From Schizochytrium sp. TIO01 (taxonomy: Eukaryota > Protista > Bigyra: Labyrinthulomycetes), in assembly GCA_004764695.1 (NCBI GenBank), contig SMSO01000037.1, positions 4,130,747-4,194,746 of the forward strand: a stretch of DNA of 64,000 nt, in the 5' to 3' direction. Both the position numbers and the translations under genes were made by a program. Numbering within the stretch: the first letter of the stretch is position 1; every line of letters starts with the position of its first letter. Below are positions 55,442 through 64,000 of the stretch, piece by piece. Under the pieces are notes generated by a model that was not told the DNA's origin, searched no databases, and saw only the letters and a list, made by a program, of their open reading frames with translations.

Positions 55442-57049
55442 ATGCTGTCTTCACTAAGGAGGTCCACGGGCCTAACCCCTCGTGGCATGGGCCTTTCCAG
55501 GTCCGTGATGAAGATCGTCTCGAGGCCGCTTGCAGTTGTTGTGCGTCAAGGGCGTGTGCCGGGCTGGAGCGATGAGACCGAGGCTGCGAGCGGTGGCGAG
55601 CAGTCCCAGTTCTACTCTCGCATCAACGCTGGCACGCACCGCCTCGTTGCTGACGAGCCTGAGAGCGTGGGCGGCAGGGACCAAGGCCCTTCTCCGTATG
55701 ACTATCTCTTATCAGGGCTCGGCGCTTGCACAGCAATGACATTACGAATGTACGCCGACCGCAAGAAGATCCCACTCGAGGGCGTAAGCGTAAATCTCGA
55801 ACACTCCAAAATCTATGCGAAGGATTGCGAGGCGTGCACAGAAGATCAAGTTAATACAGCGACCGCTAAGAGCAAGAACGCCAAGATCGACCGTATCGAG
55901 CGTGAAATTACTCTCTTCGGAGATGCACTCTCAGAAAAAGATCGCCAAAATCTTCTAAGAATTGCAGATATGTGTCCTGTTCATAGGACGCTAGAATCAT
56001 CAAGTGTGATTGTCACGGAGCTCAAAGAACCTGGAGCTCCAGCCAAGGTGAAGCGGAGAGCAGCACCACTGCTCATGCAGGTTAGTTCAAGAAAGACATC
56101 GCTCGTGCCTGGCGAAGAGGTTTCTGAAGAGGGATCTGTGAGACGCTTGATGCCGTTCAGAAAGAAAAGATTTGTTGGACCAGTGGTCTTTGTGGACCAC
56201 TTTGGACCCACGAATGTTATCAATGGAGACGAAACACCTCTCGATGTTGGCCCGCACCCGCATATGGGCCTTGCGCTCATGACATATCTGTACAACGGTG
56301 TACTCATCCACCGTGATAGCCTTGGATCGGATCAGCCAATTTATCCAGGGCAGGTGAACTGTATGATTGCGGGACGAGGCGTGACTCACAGCGAGCGAGG
56401 CATTGAGGCACTGGACCTTTACAAGAATGAAACCACACTGGAGGGAATCCAGGTTTGGGCTGCGTTGCCAAAAGAGTACGAGGGCGTCGAACCAGCGTTT
56501 TACCACCGCGACAACGCCGTTGAAATTGCTCAGGCCTTACATGCCGAGGGTAAAGTTGAGGCTAGACTTCTCTTTGGCAAAATCGCAAATCGCACTGTAG
56601 AAAAGATTCCGATGTACTGGCCCGTGTTTATGGTGGACATTGAACTCGAGGCAGGCGCAAGTATCCAGGTTCCGCTACCTCCACTGCAAGAAGCATGTGT
56701 CTATGCCACCCGAGGGCGGCTCGAAACCGGAGGCGAGCGCACCGAAATCGAGGTCGGAGGCAGCACTATCTATAACAACGAAGGCGATCAACCTGGACCG
56801 GCGTGGATTACTGTCAAGGCTATTGAAGATTCTCGTGTCTTTCTGTTTGGCGGTCTTCCACTTCCCGAACCTAGGCATATGTTTTGGAACTTCGTGCACT
56901 CAGATCGTGCCAAGGTTGCACAGGCGGCTGAAGCCTGGCGTAACCTGGACCGATCTATTTTCCCTGCTGTTCCCAACGAAGATAACACTCAGTGCATCAC
57001 TGTTCTGGATGCCACGGCTCCACCTCGTAGAAGTGAAAGCAAAAGGTAA
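55442..57049 (+). CDS. OsmC/Ohr-family domain fused to a full pirin (bicupin), with a predicted mitochondrial presequence
   Basis: OsmC: HRLVADEPESVGGRDQGPSPYDYLLSGLGACTAMTLRMYADRK...RIADMCPVHRTL. Pirin: VGPVVFVDHFGP...VGPHPHMGL..MTYL..G...HRDSLG...PGQVN.MIAGRGVTHSER...GIQVWAALP...LFGG..L..PRHMFWNFV. The N-terminus MLSSLRRSTGLTPRGMGLSRS is Arg/Ser/Leu-rich with no acidic residues. First ATG at 55442. Confidence 0.9.
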   Translation: MLSSLRRSTGLTPRGMGLSRSVMKIVSRPLAVVVRQGRVPGWSDETEAASGGEQSQFYSRINAGTHRLVADEPESVGGRDQGPSPYDYLLSGLGACTAMTLRMYADRKKIPLEGVSVNLEHSKIYAKDCEACTEDQVNTATAKSKNAKIDRIEREITLFGDALSEKDRQNLLRIADMCPVHRTLESSSVIVTELKEPGAPAKVKRRAAPLLMQVSSRKTSLVPGEEVSEEGSVRRLMPFRKKRFVGPVVFVDHFGPTNVINGDETPLDVGPHPHMGLALMTYLYNGVLIHRDSLGSDQPIYPGQVNCMIAGRGVTHSERGIEALDLYKNETTLEGIQVWAALPKEYEGVEPAFYHRDNAVEIAQALHAEGKVEARLLFGKIANRTVEKIPMYWPVFMVDIELEAGASIQVPLPPLQEACVYATRGRLETGGERTEIEVGGSTIYNNEGDQPGPAWITVKAIEDSRVFLFGGLPLPEPRHMFWNFVHSDRAKVAQAAEAWRNLDRSIFPAVPNEDNTQCITVLDATAPPRRSESKR

Positions 57050-57935
57050 ATCTGCACAGCCTTCTTATGTTGTGGCTTCTGTGTAGAAAGAAGGACTAGC
57101 TCAACAAGCAACAAACTCCATCGCACTCGTTGTGTCTGCCCGTCAAGTCAATCAGTCAACCCTATTGTACATTCACATCACCTTTTAGCTATCCTTATTC
57201 TATTTTCCGACTCCCCTTGCAACTATTTTCATGAAGCTCCACCAGTGATCTGATTGAACCTCGGTAGCTTGAATATTTACGATGGCTCTCACAGCCGCTT
57301 GGTAAATGTTGTTTCTCTTAACTTCTGAAATATTTCACAATATGAATCAACCAAGTCAAGAAAGTTAAACAGTTGACATTAAATTTGAAATGAAGATGGA
57401 AAAGAGTCAAAATGAGATAAACATTCTAATTATTATATAGAAATTAAGTGAAGCGTTGGAATAGTGCAGATATGTCGACGATATATCATTTGATAACTAA
57501 GATACCTTAGAGTGCAACATCCTCATGTATGAAAAACCTTCGTCTACTATTTCTTTACCGATTGTTTGCGTCAAATGTGCCAAATCAGAAAGAAATAATG
57601 AACGACAAAGATATAAAGCAAAGGCAAACATGGTAATACGCCCGAAACGAGAGCTTTAGGTGTACCATGCTCTTTTTTTTAATAAGGGAGCATAATGAAT
57701 CATTCCTCTGTTCACTGAAAAGAAGAGGACCTCAAGCATCACAAACATACTTACTTGTGACATCCTAGAGAAAAATTTGATGAACTTGGCCATCGGAACA
57801 CGCTCTTTTCATATAGTAGTTAGATATACCGAGAGTCACAGAAGCCTTGTATGCATGAACTAAAACGATGAATAGAATACGCATAGTATAGAGCGAAGAA
57901 CCGCGGGCCAACTTAGACCACTACGACTACGGATT

Positions 57936-59945
57936 CTAACGGCGGTTATCACGTCTACCCTCACCGGGCTGTGGGGGCAACATCTCCAATGCACAAGCTT
58001 GCTTGGGAGGCTGTTGCTGATGTCTCTGTTGTTGCTGTTGCATCAGCTGTTGTTGGCGCTGCTGGGCCATTGCAATTACTGAAGCATCTGGGTAATCAAA
58101 ATCATCACCTTGACCATTCATTGAGGAAAAACTAAGCTGCGACATGACCGAGTTGGTGCCGGGAATAAACGCACTTGCTCCCCCCAAAGAGAGGTTACCG
58201 GGCAGAAAGTCATCCCCATTCCCATCTTCCTGCTCAGCATTGTCGTCATTGCTATCTACCCAGTTCATGATATTGTCAAGAAAGACATTACCCTCAAGCT
58301 CGTTTTCAGGAGGCTCAGATTCAGCAGTCCCAGCTAGAACCGGGCGATTCGGTGGCATTTGAAATTGCGGCGCTCGCTGCGGCGGGGGTCGCTTGGAATC
58401 AGCAAGACCCATCTGGGCCACTTGCGTGTGCAACTCTTGATGAGCCATGCGGCGATTGCCAAGCTCACGTGCATATGAATTCTCCGTAGGCACCATGAGA
58501 GATCCAGGCTGTGCCGTGTTAGAATGGTGTGAGTGGGACTCTTCAGAGCTAAGCCCGGAAGCGGCAGAAGGAGAACGTGAGTAATCGTGCTCTGTGCCGT
58601 AACCTGTCTTGGTCTCCATATAAGAGGAAGAATCCTCTCCAGGAATGCTGGTCATGCGCTGAGCAACACCCTCTGTGGAAAACACACGAGGCACGTTGGG
58701 CATCATAGGCTCAAAGCCCATATAGATATCCACCTCTGTGCGGTCCATACTAAGGTACTCGCGATGTACACACTTGAGAAGACATTCCACGGTGTCTCCA
58801 TTTTTAGTATCGAAATCAAATACATGGAAAGAACATGCCTGGCGAGTGGCAGGAAATTGGGGCGGACGACCCAAATGGTTCATTTTAAGGGCTAACGTGC
58901 GCATGAAGAACAGGAGATCACGATCACTAGAGAGAAGCAAGGCGAGAACATCGCAACCCCACGGCAACAAACCTCCGAAAAGGCGCTCAAGCACAAGGAT
59001 GATATCTCGGGTTGTGTAGCCAAACAGAGCCACAAACTTATCGTTGACCTCCACTTCAAAGCGTTCATGGGTAGCGCGAAGATTCAGGTAACACATGTTC
59101 TGGCGCATGTTGTCAATTTCATGGTCAACCGGGGACGGCGGGCCTTCACTATCATAGTAACCATGAGTGGAATAGGTCTTGCTACCAGCGCGGTTGGTAC
59201 GTTTACGCTTTGATTGATGCTCAGACTCCACGACGGTGAGCTTAGGACCCTTCAAAGGATGAATCGGTGGCAATACCATGCCAGAAACTTCATCAATCAC
59301 ATTTGCTGGTATCTTGCGGTAGTCTGCAACCTCACGGCGCATAAGTTTAATACCCTTGCGAGACATCCATCCATCGAGTTTTTCGGATCCCTCTTTGTTG
59401 CCATTGCGTAGCATAAAGGTGGACATTTTGTTGAGCTGGTAGGAGAACCAACCCTTGCAGCAGCTTTGGGGTGTGGCGTGGTGTTTGTACATGGCAAAGA
59501 AGACCTGGAAAATGCGTCTTTCCACGGATTCGAGACCAAAGCGCGCGCCAAAGTTCTCAATTTTGTTAACGGGGTTCAAGACGATCTGGCCCCAGCAAGA
59601 AGCATCGGAGCAGAGCTCCTTCTTAACCTTGAGGGCTGTGCGGCGGCCGCGTTTCTTCTCCATCCTATATTCACATTCGAAGCCTTTACGAGTGCAACGT
59701 TCGCAAGGAATGCTTCCGGAACACTTGACCTTGGCCTGTGAACAACGTTCACACGTTGACTTAAGGCGGCCATTTGCGTTGAGTTCCACATCATCGTCAT
59801 CGCCACCACACTCGCTACCATCGCACCCAGGATCATCAGGGTCGCAAAACGCGGGCGGGGGCCTGATCGTGGGGCCGTCCATTCCAGATTCCAGTTTTAC
59901 CGAAGGCAGAGGTGTGGGTGGTGGCTGTGATTGCAAGTTTGACAT
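57936..59945 (-). CDS. Zn(II)2Cys6 (GAL4-type) transcription factor with PAS-like segment and Gln-rich tail
   Basis: Canonical CX2CX6CX5CX2CX6C: CERCSQAKVKCSGSIPCERCTRKGFEC, followed by KKRGRR. PAS-like EVNDKFVALFGYTTRDI. First ATG at 59945. Confidence 0.85.
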   Translation of the reverse strand: MSNLQSQPPPTPLPSVKLESGMDGPTIRPPPAFCDPDDPGCDGSECGGDDDDVELNANGRLKSTCERCSQAKVKCSGSIPCERCTRKGFECEYRMEKKRGRRTALKVKKELCSDASCWGQIVLNPVNKIENFGARFGLESVERRIFQVFFAMYKHHATPQSCCKGWFSYQLNKMSTFMLRNGNKEGSEKLDGWMSRKGIKLMRREVADYRKIPANVIDEVSGMVLPPIHPLKGPKLTVVESEHQSKRKRTNRAGSKTYSTHGYYDSEGPPSPVDHEIDNMRQNMCYLNLRATHERFEVEVNDKFVALFGYTTRDIILVLERLFGGLLPWGCDVLALLLSSDRDLLFFMRTLALKMNHLGRPPQFPATRQACSFHVFDFDTKNGDTVECLLKCVHREYLSMDRTEVDIYMGFEPMMPNVPRVFSTEGVAQRMTSIPGEDSSSYMETKTGYGTEHDYSRSPSAASGLSSEESHSHHSNTAQPGSLMVPTENSYARELGNRRMAHQELHTQVAQMGLADSKRPPPQRAPQFQMPPNRPVLAGTAESEPPENELEGNVFLDNIMNWVDSNDDNAEQEDGNGDDFLPGNLSLGGASAFIPGTNSVMSQLSFSSMNGQGDDFDYPDASVIAMAQQRQQQLMQQQQQRHQQQPPKQACALEMLPPQPGEGRRDNRR

Positions 59946-62259
59946 GTTTCTAGATTCGTATTCGTATACTTCTGCGTCAGCTTTCCTTGTGTGCAAAGAA
60001 ATATTCCTGTCGAGTTGCGCCAATCTGCAGCAACTTGGTCGCTCTCGGCAAGAGGCCGACACCGACAGAATCGACTCAAATCAGTCTTCTAGCAAGCCTA
60101 GTGGTCGATCGCAGAGAGGAAGATCTGCGATGCTTCAGGTGAAGAGCCACAGTGGGTTAACAAATTAGTGCGTGAGACTCGAGTCGCTTAATGACTCGAT
60201 ATGTTTGCACGAAAAAGCGAAATGAATGGGGGATTGAGAGCCGAAGAATTAATGAGTCAGGGGACAATAAGCGTGGAAAGATGATTACGAAGAACAGCCG
60301 GAGGCTCAGTTCTTCGAGGTCAACTATCTGTGGAAACCAGGTCAACTCGCCAGGCAACAGCGGTGACCCTTTTAACTCCAAGCAGCAGTGGTGGTACAGA
60401 ATCGAGCGCAAGTTCGCGTCTCGTTGCAGATGAGAGTGGAAGACGCACGAGCCTCTCGGAATGACAGACTCTGTTACTCTTCTCGCTACCTTTGTGTTTC
60501 TATGTGTGGTTCTCTGTTCGCCAGTGGCAGTTGTCGCAGCTCGCTTCCACCCCTCGTTGGCGGCGGTGTTGACTGCGTCGGCTACGTGCGAGGCGGGCTC
60601 CGAGATATGGGAATGGATGACAGTCGACGGGAAAGATGGGAAAGAGAGAGAAAAAGAAAGAAACAACAAAAGAAATAAACAAACAGACAAACAGAAACAA
60701 ACAATCGAAGCGCCTCAGAAGGACTCCGACCTCAATCTCTCAAGCTTGAAAGTCGCTGCCTCGGGACCACCGCGTGTCAAGGCAGGTCAGGCTCTTAGCT
60801 GGCGTGCCGGGCTGTGGCAATGGGGGTTTGAAGGCACACGCGGAGGTGGGAGGATCTGGTTGACCAGCCAAACAAGCCAGGAGGGAACGAAGTTGAACTT
60901 GAACAAAAAGCGCCATCGAAATCAAATTATGAGGTATTTCTTTCTGTTGGTTCTTTTGAAGTTGAACCTCAGAAGACCATCATATGCCATGCTTAGTTGG
61001 TACCTAGCGTTTTTATTTTTATTTTTGCGTTATGAAGTATTTATTTTCTTTTATTTATTCATCTCAACCTACTAGTATTCTTTCTTTATTTATTTATAAT
61101 TAAACAAAAATAATAACAATAGTTTAAACTTATTTTTTTTATTCTTGAAGAAACAAACTATCGCTCCTCACTTCCAAGGTCTTCTTCCTCTTCTTCGTTC
61201 ATTTGTAGGAGATCGATGCAGCCTTGGACAGGGCACGCGTGGTAGCGACTTTGAACTTTGCTTTGCTTCGAACTATAGCCTGAAAGACTCAATATTCTGA
61301 ACACCTGCCAGTTTTTATTCAGAAGAAAGTAGTTTCTATTTTATTATTTTAAATTTAAAACATAATATCAATAAGAAAAGATTGATTTTATATTTATAAT
61401 TTTAATTTGAGAAGAGGAAAAAGGAGACAGAAAATGCTCTTTACAGAGTAATAAAAGTTTCTCTCAAGTCCTTCTCCTTGACTATTTTTTTATTTATTTT
61501 TAAAATTTAACTAACACCTCTCCCCTCAGTCGTCCTCTTCCTCTCCCGCCTTTCTCTCTTTCCCGGAAACTTGGGATCTTTCCTTCGAGACGCCTCTTCC
61601 TCCTCTCCAGAGATAGACATTTTTCCCCCCCAGCAGATAAAAAAAGCACCATGAGTCTGAGCTGAAAGCCCAGTGGAAAACTCTCGAATCACTCTCTTCC
61701 CCCTACCACACCTGCTAGCCACAGTTGGAGCACCGGCCCCCTCTCAGCCTCTGGCTTCCCGCCCCTCCCACTCGCTTTTCTCATGCCCTCTCTTTTCCCC
61801 GCTGTGCGCGTTGATTTTCACGTTCCAGGGAGCAATAGCAGCGCCTAAGTACCTCCTACCCTCCCTCTGCTACAGGCCCCGTGAGACCTCGAGTAGTAAG
61901 TAGCTGCTAGCTCTAGCTAGGCGATACTCCGTGCGTTCTCATCGCTCTCATCGCGGCACAGCAGTTCCAATCGGCGATCAGAACGCAGAACGAACAGGTC
62001 AATTTCCAGGCCCCTTTTGGCCTCTTTCGTTTCGTTTCGTTTCGTTTCGCTTCGCTTCGCTCCGTTTGGTTTGTTTCACCTATTCACAGCGTCGCGTGGA
62101 AACTCCTCTGTGCCTGCCAATTGATCGAGAAGACCTCAGGCATGCATGCTCAGTGCGTAGCAGCCAACTTCTGGTCTCTGGTCTCTTTCTCTTTCCATGT
62201 GGTTGCTTGCTTGCTCGTGGAGGCAGAGATTCGGCCCATCGTGATCGAGTGCCAATCAG

Positions 62260-62324
<65 letters not shown>
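62260..62324. repeat. (CAAT)n microsatellite
   Basis: Direct inspection. Confidence 0.9.
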
Positions 62325-62325
<1 letters not shown>

Positions 62326-62909
62326 CTGTCTTCCTACCCAATAGTACCGCGCCTCCTTTGAGTTTTGTCTGTCCGTGATTCTCCTATCACTGACAGGCGA
62401 TAGTTCGTTTCTCAAAAGAAGATATCCAAGTTGTTGAAACTTTGGGTTGAGAAAAGCAGCTATCGAAGTATGTGCACGCCATTCCATCTTCACGATGATG
62501 CTATGCCGTATCCACCGAGCCTGGGCGAGCCATTCCATAATTGATTGATTGATTGATTGATTGATCGATCGATCGATTGATTGTGGAGGTAGGTTTGTGA
62601 TGTGCACCACTTCGAGGCCTCTTTGAGAGGAAAGACGCAGAGAAAGACTCTCGACCCGCAGTGATAGAGGGATATGGGGCGCGGCACAGGAAGAACTGGG
62701 TTCAGGTCGGTTTCCTCGACTCCACAAGATTTGGTTTGATGGGTTTGGACGTCCAAGTCTTGTAACTTCAAAAGCCACCGTCGCTGATCGAGACAGGCAC
62801 CACTCACTCTGAGTGTGTTGAGCTCATGAGTTCAATTCTTACAGCAACCCGGGTGAAGGCTCTCACTCATGAGAAGGTACCTACAGGGCAGTTGGTCAGT
62901 TGGCCTGAG

Positions 62910-62912
<3 letters not shown>

Positions 62913-62949
<37 letters not shown>
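62913..62949. repeat. (AT)n microsatellite
   Basis: Direct inspection. Confidence 0.9.
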
Positions 62950-62952
<3 letters not shown>

Positions 62953-63449
62953 TATGGCGCCATCTCGCGAGCTTCGTTTCGTGCTCCCTATTTTGATGTA
63001 GCAAGCACGTTTATCTTCGAAAACGCAACGGGTGCTGCGGATGGCGCGGGTCTCGCCAGTTCCTTTAGCTGTATGCAGCACTTGCTTGGAGAACATCGAA
63101 ATGACACGTCAGAACCACCGAATGCAAGCAAGCATTGCAATGGTGTCTACCGTAGTGCCTACTTTTGTTGGTTCTCTGGATGGTTGGTGGATTTGTAAAT
63201 CTCTAACTTGTTAGCTGACGAAGTGAGTGAGCGAATGGATATGAATAAATGAATAAATGCATTATGTTGCAACGGCACGAAAAACGGTGCTTTCTCTCTC
63301 GAGTTATGACTTAGACGAGGATTTGAAGAGGATATGGTCATGCAATGAATGGCGTGTTTTCTTCGCTTGATCTCTGCAAACTGCAAAGCTCAAAACTAAT
63401 CACACGTTGCCTCTATCTTCAGAATCCAAGTCCGTCGTGGCCTTTGTGA

Positions 63450-63725
63450 GTGTTAGTTCACCTTCGAACACTGGCGCCACTAAAAGTGCTAGGAAGAACA
63501 GCGATGGCTCTTACCGAGTTCACTGGACAGGGAGGGACTGCAGAGAAAGAAGACGCCAAAGTAGCAGTGAAGCTGGCCTCTGAAGACTTTCTATGCAATG
63601 AAACTAAGCTGCTACACACCCTACACAGACAGGTGGAAAACAGCAAAAGACCAAACGGCCGCAGGCTGAAGGCATTGCATCGATGTTGAGATGCCTAAAT
63701 TGAGCATGTTTGGGGCTTTATCCTT
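63450..63725 (+). pseudogene. Possible protein-kinase N-lobe fragment
   Basis: LKVLGR (degenerate Gly-loop), KVAVK (subdomain II), NETKLLHTL (alphaC Glu), then a stop and a shifted MPKLSMFG, followed by AT-rich DNA. Confidence 0.3.
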
Positions 63726-64000
63726 TTTTGTTCTTTATTTGTTTTTTAATTTAATTTGTTTTAATTTTAATATAAATAAGAATAATAAGAGCAAGCAAGC
63801 AAACAAACATTTTAAAATAAAAAACAATAAAAAACAAAAAGAAATCTAGATCATCATATGATACCTGGTCATTTAATGTGCAGACCTGAAGCCACACGAA
63901 TAGCAGAGAAACCAAAAGGAGCGAGTAGTGGGCTCAGGGCCCTAGGCAAAGTACTTTCGCTCTGCATAGACATGTTGGGCTAGCTATTGGTTTCTTATTC

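Noticed and set aside
60157-61075. 177-aa and 204-aa ORFs upstream of the Zn2Cys6 gene
   Set aside because: No domains, they run through SSR/low-complexity DNA, and they most likely represent 5' UTR/promoter sequence.

Overview
Eukaryotic, not prokaryotic, genomic DNA. It has long, apparently intron-free ORFs separated by microsatellite-rich intergenic spacers. Gene content and style suggest a labyrinthulomycete/thraustochytrid-like stramenopile (inference only, not checked). About 12 protein-coding loci are supported: a sterol desaturase-family enzyme (5'-truncated by the window), a UBA-VIM-PUB-UBX p97 cofactor, a ~1620-codon coiled-coil gene broken by two compensating frameshifts, a PX-domain sorting nexin, a divergent myosin, an ankyrin-TPR-PFU protein, a WWE-RING-DTC Deltex-like E3 ligase, a DNAJC21/Jjj1 co-chaperone, an OB-fold/CCCH/SAM-methyltransferase-like protein, a tandem Yippee-domain protein, a tandem CW zinc-finger protein, an OsmC-pirin fusion with a mitochondrial-type presequence, and a Zn2Cys6 (GAL4-type) transcription factor with a PAS-like segment. 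There are also several decayed coding relics (a LINE ORF1/gag-like zinc knuckle, a kinase fragment), minisatellites, a cluster of ACGT-core motifs with a near-perfect palindrome, and a ~10 kb gene desert built of GC-rich blocks alternating with AT-rich SSR linkers. The best candidate for an undescribed system is the OsmC-pirin redox fusion, followed by the Ank-TPR-PFU and OB-CCCH-MTase architectures. No rRNA, tRNA or CRISPR array was found. All domain calls come from motif recognition by eye; no searches were run.
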